This document shows positions 8,263 to 16,365 of a DNA stretch of 20,000 nt, one piece after another (position 1 is the first letter of the stretch; each line of letters begins with the position of its first letter). The position numbers were made by a program, and so were the translations under genes. Origin of the DNA: an uncultured virus (IMG/VR IMGVR_UViG_3300022744_000004) (taxonomy: Duplodnaviria; Heunggongvirae; Uroviricota; Caudoviricetes); the IMG/VR virus record IMGVR_UViG_3300022744_000004, positions 50,158-70,157 of that record. One strand, given 5' to 3'. A model generated the notes under the pieces. The model ran no database searches and was not told the origin of the DNA. It saw only the letters and a program-made list of their open reading frames with translations.

Positions 8263-8603
8263 GCTTCCTCCTTCGGTGTAAATTTCTCGGTGCCTTCTAC
8301 CTTCACGCAGTAGGAACTCCACTTCCACGGTGGGGTGTCCATGTTGCTTCCATGCCAGCACATAGTCCCGCGCTTGGTGGGGCCAGATACACTTCCGGGT
8401 TCTGACTCGGTGAACTCAACAGTCCACAGCCCCTGCACAATATCTTTTGGCTTGATGCGGTACTTGCTACCAGTCAGCAGACCATGCACCACAGTAGTGT
8501 CTTTCCACCTGTTGTCGTAGTCTTTGCGCTGGACTGTCGCACCATCAACAAAGGCTTGGATAAGGGGCAACAACTCTGCCCATTCTGCACGCGATCCGCT
8601 CAT
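8259..8603 (-). CDS. Hypothetical protein
   Basis: Start MSGSRAEW ATGA-coupled; LLP.IQAF.DG..Q...YRIKP motif of small phage proteins. Confidence 0.65.
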   Translation of the reverse strand: MSGSRAEWAELLPLIQAFVDGATVQRKDYDNRWKDTTVVHGLLTGSKYRIKPKDIVQGLWTVEFTESEPGSVSGPTKRGTMCWHGSNMDTPPWKWSSYCVKVEGTEKFTPKEEA

Positions 8604-8815
8604 ACATCCACCCATTCTTGCGAGTACGCATCCCACGCCACACGCTTGACTTCTGCAAGGTGGTGGCTCTCAATGATTTGGTCATCCAGCGGGTAGCCCA
8701 GCTTGTAAAAGCTGTGCGGCGCTACGTGAAGAATCCCAGTGCCCTCTCCGGGTTGGAGTTCAATCAAGATGTGCTGGCGACCATCCTTCAATGTCTTGGT
8801 GTGTAAGTGTTTCAT
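8600..8815 (-). CDS. Hypothetical protein
   Basis: ATGA-coupled at both ends. Confidence 0.6.
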   Translation of the reverse strand: MKHLHTKTLKDGRQHILIELQPGEGTGILHVAPHSFYKLGYPLDDQIIESHHLAEVKRVAWDAYSQEWVDV

Positions 8816-9060
8816 ATCGGAAGACTCCTCAACAAGTTAGCTGTAACCATGCACACGTACTTCTGACCCTTCTCATCGACCATCACCAGATCGACCGTCG
8901 CATTACCATCCACTGTGCCTTTATCCACCACCACAACCTTGTCGATCTCAATCGGCAGAAAGATAGGCGGGCGGTAGAAAAAGCCACGCTTAGTGGCGTC
9001 ATGTGCATCCTCACACAGATGCACCTCAAGGGTTGTGTTTACTCCAAATTGCGGCATCAT
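8812..9060 (-). CDS. Hypothetical beta-rich protein
   Basis: GGAG RBS; coupled. Confidence 0.6.
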   Translation of the reverse strand: MMPQFGVNTTLEVHLCEDAHDATKRGFFYRPPIFLPIEIDKVVVVDKGTVDGNATVDLVMVDEKGQKYVCMVTANLLRSLPI

Positions 9061-9152
9061 TTACTCCAATCCAACAGGTACACGAGGAAGACGATGGGTG
9101 CGCCGATCAGGCCAAGCGTCCACGTCACGGCATAGAAAACACGTTCAATCAT
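9057..9152 (-). CDS. 31-aa single-pass membrane peptide
   Basis: Below ORF-track cutoff: MIERVFYAVTWTLGLIGAPIVFLVYLLDWSK; AAGGAG RBS; ATGA overlaps at both ends. Confidence 0.65.
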   Translation of the reverse strand: MIERVFYAVTWTLGLIGAPIVFLVYLLDWSK

Positions 9153-9895
9153 TTCGATGTCTCCTTATTCACAAAGTACCCACGGATCGCCACCTCCATG
9201 TTGCTCGTGCCGCCGGTCACACGGCGCAGGTTGGCGCTGTAGGTCTTCAGCATCTGGTCGGTGTGGTGCCCTGAGTGGCGTGTGTGCAGGAACACAACCT
9301 CGCAGTTGTCAGCGATAGCACGCAGCCGCCCCTTGTCGTCGCCATCGTTCCAGAAGCGGATGTCCAGTGACCCGCCGAACTTCTCCTGCAGTGCCCCGGC
9401 TTGCTGCGGCAGAAGGCCCACAACGCCGATGACAGGCTTGTAGGAGCGCGGAGCTGGGGTAGGTGCTGCCTCGGGCAGAACTACTGCCACAGGGGCCGGA
9501 GCGGGCAGCGTGAGGTGTGCCGCAGGCGTGACACCGGCCAGCGCAGCGGGCAGCTTGGCCTTGACCTTCTGCACCAGCGCGGCCACCAGCCCCTCGGCCA
9601 TGCTCTCCACTAACGCATCCAGACTGATGTTCGGCTGTGAGGATACGTATTCTTTCTGCTTAGGTTCACGAGGCTTGGGTTTGTCGAACGTCTTGCCGGT
9701 CAGCGACCAGCGCAGGATGGGCCGGTTGGACAGGCTGCGGCCCGCCTCTGTGGACACCGCTATGCCCTTGTCCCGCAGCCCACACAGCCGGGCTGCGATG
9801 TCGCTGTTGACTAAGCCTGTCGCTTTTGCGATGTCGGCCACCAGCGCATCGGGATGCGACTGGAGGTATTCATGGATCACTTTTGCTTTACTCAT
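9149..9895 (-). CDS. N-terminal wHTH + Pro/Ala linker + C-terminal DUF2325-like alpha/beta domain protein
   Basis: VADIAKATGLVNSDIAARLCGLRDKG (HTH); VIGVVG...CEVVFLHTRHSGH; start 9895 with AAGGAG RBS. Confidence 0.6.
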   Translation of the reverse strand: MSKAKVIHEYLQSHPDALVADIAKATGLVNSDIAARLCGLRDKGIAVSTEAGRSLSNRPILRWSLTGKTFDKPKPREPKQKEYVSSQPNISLDALVESMAEGLVAALVQKVKAKLPAALAGVTPAAHLTLPAPAPVAVVLPEAAPTPAPRSYKPVIGVVGLLPQQAGALQEKFGGSLDIRFWNDGDDKGRLRAIADNCEVVFLHTRHSGHHTDQMLKTYSANLRRVTGGTSNMEVAIRGYFVNKETSK

Positions 9896-9896
9896 C

Positions 9897-10046
9897 TCAC
9901 TTCTCCTTTGGTATGTCACGCCATTCGCCACCGCCCCATGCGATAGCATCCACTTCTGCCGGTGAGTAGCGCAGCAAGGAGGGCTGAACCCACCACTGCT
10001 GCAGCACACCGTCCTTACTCCACTGCAATAAATTTGTCGGAATCAT
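9897..10046 (-). CDS. 49-aa Trp-rich hypothetical protein
   Basis: Below ORF-track cutoff: MIPTNLLQWSKDGVLQQWWVQPSLLRYSPAEVDAIAWGGGEWRDIPKEK; GGAG RBS, ATGA-coupled, fills the gap exactly. Confidence 0.7.
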   Translation of the reverse strand: MIPTNLLQWSKDGVLQQWWVQPSLLRYSPAEVDAIAWGGGEWRDIPKEK

Positions 10047-10258
10047 GACTGCTCCAGTTGAATACGGGTTTCCCACATCTTGCGCATCGTCAGTTTGAAC
10101 TTGTCCCGCTGCTTCTTGCTCATCGAATCAGCCGGGAACTCGTAGCGATCCAGCACGCGTTTAGTCATGTTGCTACCGGAGTATGCGATGTCGTCAAGAT
10201 TACGCACCACCGCAACCCACTTCTTCTCGAAGAAGAATCCAGTTACTTTGATTTTCAT
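10043..10258 (-). CDS. Hypothetical basic protein
   Basis: Start MKIKVTG ATGA-coupled. Confidence 0.6.
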   Translation of the reverse strand: MKIKVTGFFFEKKWVAVVRNLDDIAYSGSNMTKRVLDRYEFPADSMSKKQRDKFKLTMRKMWETRIQLEQS

Positions 10259-10716
10259 TTCTTGGGCCAGCCGAGTTTGCACAGGTCTGCTGCCACATCC
10301 ATGAGCGCGGGCACATTCTTGTTGGGCTGCGCCTCAGTCGGGTAATACTTCTTGAACTCAGGCAGGCGGTCGTGCAGTTGCTTCAGCGTGGTGCATGCGT
10401 GGACAGCCATGCTCAACTTGTTGTGTGCTTTGCTGCGCACGTTCTGCTCTTCCTTGTAGACGGCGATGACCTTATCCACGTCCGCATCGCCCACGATGAA
10501 GTCCTGCCCGCGCCGATCCGTGTTGATGTCGTAGCTTGCCAGCCACTGCTTGCACAGCGCCTTGGGCCGCACGGCGTACAGCTCTTGTGCCTCTTTCGAC
10601 ATAGCCGCCACGAGCTTTTGCTGCACCTCCTTGATGCGGACATTCTCATCTACACGGGGTACGTCTGCCATGATGGCTTTGACGATTGCTTCTTTCTGGT
10701 ACTTAACGAGTTTCAT
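10255..10716 (-). CDS. Nmad5-like (nucleotide modification associated domain 5) protein
   Basis: MKL.K..KEAIVKAIM...CTTLKQL...LPEF..Y.P...NVPA..LGWPK resembles recalled Nmad5 proteins; strong RBS. Confidence 0.6.
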   Translation of the reverse strand: MKLVKYQKEAIVKAIMADVPRVDENVRIKEVQQKLVAAMSKEAQELYAVRPKALCKQWLASYDINTDRRGQDFIVGDADVDKVIAVYKEEQNVRSKAHNKLSMAVHACTTLKQLHDRLPEFKKYYPTEAQPNKNVPALMDVAADLCKLGWPKK

Positions 10717-10731
10717 ATCATCTCTCCTTGG

Positions 10732-11607
10732 TTAAAACTTGAACTTGCTCAGGATGGTGTTGGTAGCCACGCGCACCTCTTCGCGTTTGATCGGGTCATC
10801 ACGCAGTGTGACCACCGTCACGCCTGTCAGCGCAGACTCCAGCGCCTTGCGTGCCTCACCCAGCACCGGGTCGCCCGTGACGTTGTAGTCACGCACAAGG
10901 TCGCACAGCTCGAAGGCACTGGACACCAGTGTCTCGGTGAACCGGCGGCTCTTGTCCTCGCCGTTCTTGTCCTTCTCGGTCACAAGGCGGTCGGCCATGC
11001 GGCGCAGGTGGCCCACGAAACGCTCGGTCACGTCAGCCATAGCCTTGTTGAGTCGCGCGTTGCTGGTCGCCTCCAGTCGTGCACGCAGCTCGTCCTGCGC
11101 TTGGTTGCCGATGTCCACACGGATGTCGCCAGCGGCAGGCACCGGGATGTAGTCGCACGACATAGCGAACTTGTGGCGAATCTCGCTGGCCGAGGGGAAC
11201 TCGGAGCGGTCGAACATATCACCCAGCGCCATTGCCTGCGCCGTGATGAGTGTCGGGTACAGGTTCACGAAGTCGTCAACCAGCAGATTGAACCTGCTCT
11301 TGTAGTCCTCGATGCGGGTGTCGAACTTGGGCAAACGTGCTGTGATGATCAGTCGCTGGCCTGCGTCAGACCACGGCGTTGTGTTCTCATACACATAGGT
11401 GCGAGCCTCACCCACCAGCGAGCCGATTGCCTCCAGCTCACCACGACCACTTAGTAGATTCTTGTTCACCCGCGCCGCCCCTTTGCTGGCAGCCCCGGAA
11501 GAGACCACAACCTGCTCGCTCTTCTTTTTGTCTAGTTTGCGGGCTGTCCACACACTAGCATTGAACTCGCAAAGCATTGCAACGGAATTCAAATTGAAGT
11601 TGCTCAT
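10732..11607 (-). CDS. Conserved helical phage protein, DUF3150-like
   Basis: SVWTARKLDK, TTPWSDAGQRLI, FDRSEFP...IRHKF, YNVTGDP.L; resembles the family recalled next to AAA+/vWA genes. Confidence 0.55.
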   Translation of the reverse strand: MSNFNLNSVAMLCEFNASVWTARKLDKKKSEQVVVSSGAASKGAARVNKNLLSGRGELEAIGSLVGEARTYVYENTTPWSDAGQRLIITARLPKFDTRIEDYKSRFNLLVDDFVNLYPTLITAQAMALGDMFDRSEFPSASEIRHKFAMSCDYIPVPAAGDIRVDIGNQAQDELRARLEATSNARLNKAMADVTERFVGHLRRMADRLVTEKDKNGEDKSRRFTETLVSSAFELCDLVRDYNVTGDPVLGEARKALESALTGVTVVTLRDDPIKREEVRVATNTILSKFKF

Positions 11608-11622
11608 GTCATCTCTCCTTAG

Positions 11623-11928
11623 TTAAATCCACTTTTCCAAAGGCCGCGCATCACATCCGTACTTAACGGACGCTATATCAGCCAACCACTGCGCCGCCTC
11701 ACGGCGGTTGCATCCATCGGTGAAAGCGGCAGCGTATGCCTTCGTCTGTATTGCCTCCACAAGTCGTTGCCCGAAGGCATCAACCACATCTATGAAGCGC
11801 TCGTTGTTTTCGTTGAGTGATGCCGTAACGAGTACGTGTAGCGGCGCGACAACCACATCTTCTGCTGCGTAGAAAGTCACTTTACGCAGCGCGTGCGGGC
11901 CTCGTATGATGTCAAGTATCTTCTTCAT
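11623..11928 (-). CDS. Hypothetical protein
   Basis: Start MKKILDII after AGGAGAG RBS. Confidence 0.65.
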   Translation of the reverse strand: MKKILDIIRGPHALRKVTFYAAEDVVVAPLHVLVTASLNENNERFIDVVDAFGQRLVEAIQTKAYAAAFTDGCNRREAAQWLADIASVKYGCDARPLEKWI

Positions 11929-11941
11929 GTCATCTCTCCTG

Positions 11942-12196
11942 TTAAGAAATATAAATATTTGGGGTGTTCTGCACCCACTGCTTTTTGATGGCTTGTAGGG
12001 CCATAGATTCGATAATCCCTCGATTCTGGTACAGCAGTTGCTGCACGATGGGTGACGTACCGGGTTGGTTCTGCATGATCTTGTTAAGTTCATCAGTGAC
12101 CACGGCGCGTATCAACTCGACTACTTGCTTTCGCAGGTCTGCCTCTTCGTCAGCGTGCACCAGAGCCGCTTCGATATATGTGTTAGGTGCGTCCAT
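11942..12196 (-). CDS. Hypothetical protein
   Basis: Abuts upstream stop; GGAGG RBS. Confidence 0.6.
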   Translation of the reverse strand: MDAPNTYIEAALVHADEEADLRKQVVELIRAVVTDELNKIMQNQPGTSPIVQQLLYQNRGIIESMALQAIKKQWVQNTPNIYIS

Positions 12197-12760
12197 CTAC
12201 CCCACCCTCCGTTGATTGAGCGCTTCCATGTAGGTACGTGCCATCTCGTTGATCTCCTTCCCGTTGTACTCTTCCACATCAAGGTACAGGTGGATTTCCA
12301 GCGCCTTGTCCCACTTGCTCTCGAACTGCACATGCCAATTCTCGCGTGCAACTAAGCGTTGGAACTCGGTTACCTTTGCCCCGGCCCAATCCGCAGGCAA
12401 CTCCTTGTTGTTCAGGTACAGCACACCGAACTCCGGCACGAAGTCCATCAGTCCTTGCGCCTGCGTAGCTGCCTGCGTGTATTGGTTTTGTTGCAACAAC
12501 GCGTTCTGGTAGATACTACTGGTGCTGGACGCATTGACCAGCCCGTTGCTGACACCAAGCTGCCCCATACCAATGCCCGTTGTCAGTGTCTGTCCCAAGA
12601 TACTGTTCATCATGTCGTTGTCCATGTCATATTTCCTTTCTTCGTAATATCGTCTGATCTCTTCTGCGCGTCGGAAGTCTCCTACCATCAGCGCTCCGTC
12701 GTAGGCTTCCTTGCACACGCGCTCGAACCTGTCCAACACCTGCGTTTTTGCTATCGCCAT
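12197..12760 (-). CDS. Hypothetical protein, paralog A (possible internal start at 12625)
   Basis: TGATG-coupled; C-terminal W.G...TEF..VQF..L.LD..YM..LN.RRV shared with upstream gene. Confidence 0.65.
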   Translation of the reverse strand: MAIAKTQVLDRFERVCKEAYDGALMVGDFRRAEEIRRYYEERKYDMDNDMMNSILGQTLTTGIGMGQLGVSNGLVNASSTSSIYQNALLQQNQYTQAATQAQGLMDFVPEFGVLYLNNKELPADWAGAKVTEFQRLVARENWHVQFESKWDKALEIHLYLDVEEYNGKEINEMARTYMEALNQRRVG

Positions 12761-13173
12761 CACTCGACCCTCCTCATGTTGAGTGTCATCATGTACACCT
12801 GCGCTGCCTGCTCGACTTCATCACGCGTGTGCTTCTCATCGAGCCACAAGGTGAACTCGTGGATGCGGGCTGGCTGCCCGTCAACGGTGGCGAAAAAGAA
12901 CTGCACTGTGTAGCCCTTCGTCCAGTTCGTCTTGCGTACCACGAACTCCGTCAGCTCGCGCCCATACCACTCCTTGCTCATGTCCCATTCGGCACCGCCC
13001 GCTGTCGCACGGATGAGCTTGCCTTGGAGCAGGGGCACCAAGCTGTTGCCGTTCATGGCGGCTGCTGCTGCCATCTGATCGCCGGGGGAAATCCACGGCG
13101 GCCTATTCATTGTTGCCATAAGATTCCCCATTGCATCAAAGATAGAGATGCGGTCGATTTCGAGATGTTGCAC
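12760..13173 (-). CDS. Hypothetical protein, paralog B
   Basis: GTG start 13173 after GAGGAGG, 1 nt past the vWA stop. Confidence 0.65.
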   Translation of the reverse strand: MQHLEIDRISIFDAMGNLMATMNRPPWISPGDQMAAAAAMNGNSLVPLLQGKLIRATAGGAEWDMSKEWYGRELTEFVVRKTNWTKGYTVQFFFATVDGQPARIHEFTLWLDEKHTRDEVEQAAQVYMMTLNMRRVE

Positions 13174-13174
13174 A

Positions 13175-14371
13175 TCACACCTCCTCGATGCGCAGCAGCT
13201 TGCCCCGGATGGGGCGGAAGTTGGTGTTGCCGCAGATGCCCCATAAGACATTCCCCGGCGCAACTTCATACTTCGCTTCCACGTACCCGTCACTCAGGTA
13301 GATCGTCGCCTTGGGCTTGTACCGCTTGTCGCGGATGTAGCCCGCAACGCAGGACACAGTGGTTCCCCCTCCGCCTCGTGGGTGCATGAGCTTGGCGATG
13401 TTGGCGTAGTCCTTGGGCGTGAACACCTGATCACCTGCCACACGCGTATCCCACCACAGCACGCGCACGCGCTCGGGCTGCATCTGCTGTGCGATGCGGG
13501 CAATCTCACCGAACACGATTGGGTACAACCCGTGCATGGATGCCGAGGTATCGCACGCCACGATCAACTCACCTGTCGCCTCACTGAAGCGGCTCGGCAT
13601 GATGATGTCCAGCGGCAACAGCCTGCGGTTGGGCGGCACAAATCGTGACTGGTCATCACCCTCGCATATCTCAGCGATGAACTTGCGCAGCGGGCCACGC
13701 CAGTCTGTCTTGCGCTCACGGAATCCCGACAGTGCGTTGTCACCGGGGGCGGTGCCACGCATCTGCTGCAACTGCTCGGCCACGACAGCGCCTTGCGCCA
13801 CGGCATCCTCGATGCGCGTCTTCAGGTCTTTGCCATCGGCGGCTTCGCTAGAGTCAGCGGACATGGGCTTGCCATCCATGTGCGTGTCCATTGGTTGCGG
13901 ACGTTGCTGCGGTGGCGGTGGGTTCTGCAACAGCTTGCGCATGACTTCAGGCACGCTCATGTTGGCGTACTTGTCATCAATGAGCGGGGGCACGTTGGTC
14001 GGGCGCTCCAAGAACTTCTCCGTGGCTGTGTCCATGCTCTCAAGCTGCCAGTTCACCACGTAGTCGATTGCCATAGCAAACTCCTCGGGGTGCTTCTTCT
14101 TCAGGTGCATGTACTCAGTGCAGTGGTGCAGCGCCTTGTGCATAGCCTCGTGCCCAACAAGGTAGCGCAACTGCTTGCGCGTCATGTCCTTGATGAACTC
14201 GGCGTTGTACAGCACGTCCTCGCCATCGGTGCCCGCAGTGGGCACCAAGTCAGTGATCAGCACCTTGCCGATCTGCGTGACCCCGCCAAGTATGGCGAAG
14301 TCGGGGTGGCGCATGAAGTCCGTGTGCACTGCCACGATCTTCTGCTCCGGTTTAAGGTCTTTGTATGCCAT
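13175..14371 (-). CDS. Zincin-like metallopeptidase + vWA domain protein (DUF2201-like)
   Basis: TAGTDG, HEAMH..L.H, D..VN; MIDAS DTSAS, GGGGT, LSDG; start MAYKD after GGAG. Confidence 0.88.
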   Translation of the reverse strand: MAYKDLKPEQKIVAVHTDFMRHPDFAILGGVTQIGKVLITDLVPTAGTDGEDVLYNAEFIKDMTRKQLRYLVGHEAMHKALHHCTEYMHLKKKHPEEFAMAIDYVVNWQLESMDTATEKFLERPTNVPPLIDDKYANMSVPEVMRKLLQNPPPPQQRPQPMDTHMDGKPMSADSSEAADGKDLKTRIEDAVAQGAVVAEQLQQMRGTAPGDNALSGFRERKTDWRGPLRKFIAEICEGDDQSRFVPPNRRLLPLDIIMPSRFSEATGELIVACDTSASMHGLYPIVFGEIARIAQQMQPERVRVLWWDTRVAGDQVFTPKDYANIAKLMHPRGGGGTTVSCVAGYIRDKRYKPKATIYLSDGYVEAKYEVAPGNVLWGICGNTNFRPIRGKLLRIEEV

Positions 14372-14792
14372 TCTCCATCTCCTTTCTAAGTTGCGCTTCG
14401 TACTCATCAAAGAACATGCCCATTGGTTTGGTCGCCTCCTTCTTCGGTCTTGAATACTTCGGTGTCGGCCGCGTCTCTATTGGCAGGCGCAGCCTGTAGT
14501 CCGTGTTGCACTTGGTTGCCATCACGTTGCACATGAATGTCAGTTTCTCTAGCTGGGCCGCTTCAGTGATAGTGTTGGGCACCATCTCGCGCATCACGTT
14601 GACATCCGCGCACAGTATCTCTCCGCCTCGGCTGCCTGCATTCCAAGGGTGGCAACGCACGTACACAGTGAGCATGAACTGGCCCCTGCCAGCGGGGCCG
14701 TATGCCACAGCGGTACGCACGTCGAGCTTGCCATCATTCGTAAGCATGGGCTTGTACTTGCGCCCGCCAAACGTAATGACTTGCATGATCAC
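14352..14792 (-). CDS. Hypothetical protein between AAA+ and vWA genes
   Basis: GTGA-coupled to ATPase stop (alternative ATG 14786); overlaps vWA start. Confidence 0.6.
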   Translation of the reverse strand: MIMQVITFGGRKYKPMLTNDGKLDVRTAVAYGPAGRGQFMLTVYVRCHPWNAGSRGGEILCADVNVMREMVPNTITEAAQLEKLTFMCNVMATKCNTDYRLRLPIETRPTPKYSRPKKEATKPMGMFFDEYEAQLRKEMENGIQRP

Positions 14793-15916
14793 TGCCCCAG
14801 ATACTGACGGTTCTGTGCGAGCGCAGCGCCGAACGTCTTGCTCAGTGCAAACTTGTCCATCTTGGTGGAGTTCACAACCGAGTTGACGAACAGAGACTTC
14901 ATCTCCTCACGCATACGCTGCACGTACACCGACACCTGCTCGGCGGCCTCCTTGTCCTTCACTTGCGTGAGAAATTGGAACACCTGAACTATCTGCGCCG
15001 TGGGGTTGGACGGCAGCGGGCTACCCTCGGGGTCAGCAAGTATGCGGTCAAAGGCAGGCAGGCTCTCACCGAAGCGGATCATCGACATGATGTTGGCTGC
15101 GAACGGCTCGCCCACTGTGCCGCCCAGCGCAGCTTGGAGCGTTTGGTTGTCAACGTGCGCCATCTGATCGACCAGATCACTGGCTGCGTGCAGCGAGCGA
15201 GGTGTGACCACCTGCTCCTGTCCTGCGTCAGCGGGGTCGCTGATGTACGGGTTGTCCTTGCGCAACTGCTTGCTTGCGAACTGACCGCCGGGGCGATAGT
15301 CCATGAACGAGTTGAACACCATCGGGTACATCTCAGCCGCAGCTATGACGTTCTCGTTGAGGTCGTTGGGGATGGCGAAGTCCTGCACCCACTCGTCCTT
15401 GGTAGGCTTGCGCATACCGACGATGACCAAGCGGTTGCGCAGGTGCGCCGCAAGGCTGTCGCCCAAGCCCTCTTCGCTCAGGTTGGTGCAGGCGAACACC
15501 ACGCTGCCCTTGGGCATGACGTAGTTGCCGATGCGCCGCTCGTACACGATAGGTGCGATGGTGTCCTTGATGAACTGGCGAGACTTGGCAATCTCATCGA
15601 AGCACATCAGCACAGGGGTCGCATCCTTGGTGCCCAAGTGGTTCTCGTCGCTCACACCCAAGCGCTCGTTGGGCAGCTCACGCGCCACGCCACGGCTGCG
15701 GTCGATGTCGGGCATCACGATGGAGCCATCGCTCAACTGCGTGCAGTCAATGGGCTTGGGTGCGTAGTAGTTGGCGAACTGAGGGTCAGCCTTCAGCGCG
15801 TAGTGAATGGATGTCTTGCCAGCGCCTGCTTCGCCCTCGACAAGTACGGTGCGCTTGTGGCCCACCGACTTGATGAGTTGCTTAACTTGGCGTGCAGAAA
15901 GTAGGGTTTTGCTCAT
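14789..15916 (-). CDS. MoxR-like AAA+ ATPase
   Basis: Walker A GEAGAGKT, Walker B LMCFDEI, sensor-I CTN, Arg finger LRNR, sensor-II TPRS. Confidence 0.9.
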   Translation of the reverse strand: MSKTLLSARQVKQLIKSVGHKRTVLVEGEAGAGKTSIHYALKADPQFANYYAPKPIDCTQLSDGSIVMPDIDRSRGVARELPNERLGVSDENHLGTKDATPVLMCFDEIAKSRQFIKDTIAPIVYERRIGNYVMPKGSVVFACTNLSEEGLGDSLAAHLRNRLVIVGMRKPTKDEWVQDFAIPNDLNENVIAAAEMYPMVFNSFMDYRPGGQFASKQLRKDNPYISDPADAGQEQVVTPRSLHAASDLVDQMAHVDNQTLQAALGGTVGEPFAANIMSMIRFGESLPAFDRILADPEGSPLPSNPTAQIVQVFQFLTQVKDKEAAEQVSVYVQRMREEMKSLFVNSVVNSTKMDKFALSKTFGAALAQNRQYLGQ

Positions 15917-15948
15917 GTCATTTTCTCCGGTAAATGTGTTGTGCTGTG

Positions 15949-15979
15949 ATTATAGCAGTAAAAGTTCAACTCTTGACAA
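15949..15979 (-). promoter_or_regulatory. Sigma70-type extended -10 promoter
   Basis: TGCTATAAT (15957-15949) in an AT-rich intergenic gap; TTGTCA lies 19 bp upstream of the -10, a suboptimal spacing. Confidence 0.65.
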
Positions 15980-16157
15980 AAGATTTTCGTACAGATTCCC
16001 AGCCGTCCCGCACCTGTGCGTAGAGCGTGGGGTCTTCGGTGATCTGCTGCAGGATGCGCCCGAGCATGGTGCGCTCGTGCCGGTAGCGCAGGGCGTATGC
16101 CGTTGCGAGTAGCGCCCAGACAAGCAGGGCGAGTTCAGTAAAAGTTACTTCGATCAT
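15966..16157 (-). CDS. Small membrane-anchored protein
   Basis: MIEVTFTELALLVWALLATAYALRYR; GAAGGAG RBS. Confidence 0.6.
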   Translation of the reverse strand: MIEVTFTELALLVWALLATAYALRYRHERTMLGRILQQITEDPTLYAQVRDGWESVRKSFVKS

Positions 16158-16365
16158 TTCCTTCTCCTTCAAAAATGGCTTTCAGCCGTTGGTACTCTGC
16201 AAAATCGGCGCGGCGCTGCACCTCCTCGCCGTAGTAGCACTCGCGCATGTCGTTCAGTATGCTTTTCAGTATGTTTCTGTCTGTCGCATACCACTCGTCA
16301 ATGCCGTTGTCGTCGGCGCGTTCAAGAATGAACGCAACCGCGTTGTCAAAGTCATCCAGTGTCAT
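16135..16365 (-). CDS. Hypothetical protein
   Basis: GGAG RBS; ATGA-coupled. Confidence 0.6.
   Translation of the reverse strand: MTLDDFDNAVAFILERADDNGIDEWYATDRNILKSILNDMRECYYGEEVQRRADFAEYQRLKAIFEGEGNDRSNFY

Larger units (their letters stand above)
10714..11945 (-). repeat. Three copies of a 20-22 bp gene-junction element TTAAC(nA)AGGAGAGATGAYATG
   Basis: Copies at 10714-10735, 11605-11626, 11926-11945; each holds upstream stop + RBS + start. Confidence 0.8.

Noticed and set aside
9896..10042. Apparent non-coding gap as possible ncRNA
   Set aside because: Fully explained by a coupled 49-aa ORF with RBS
10372..15904. Long plus-strand ORFs (10372-11454, 13494-14389, 14963-15904 and others)
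   Set aside because: Fully overlap well-supported minus-strand genes; expected shadows at high GC3
15973..16001. Plus-strand TTGACA as divergent promoter
   Set aside because: No -10 element at 16-18 bp and no plus-strand gene downstream
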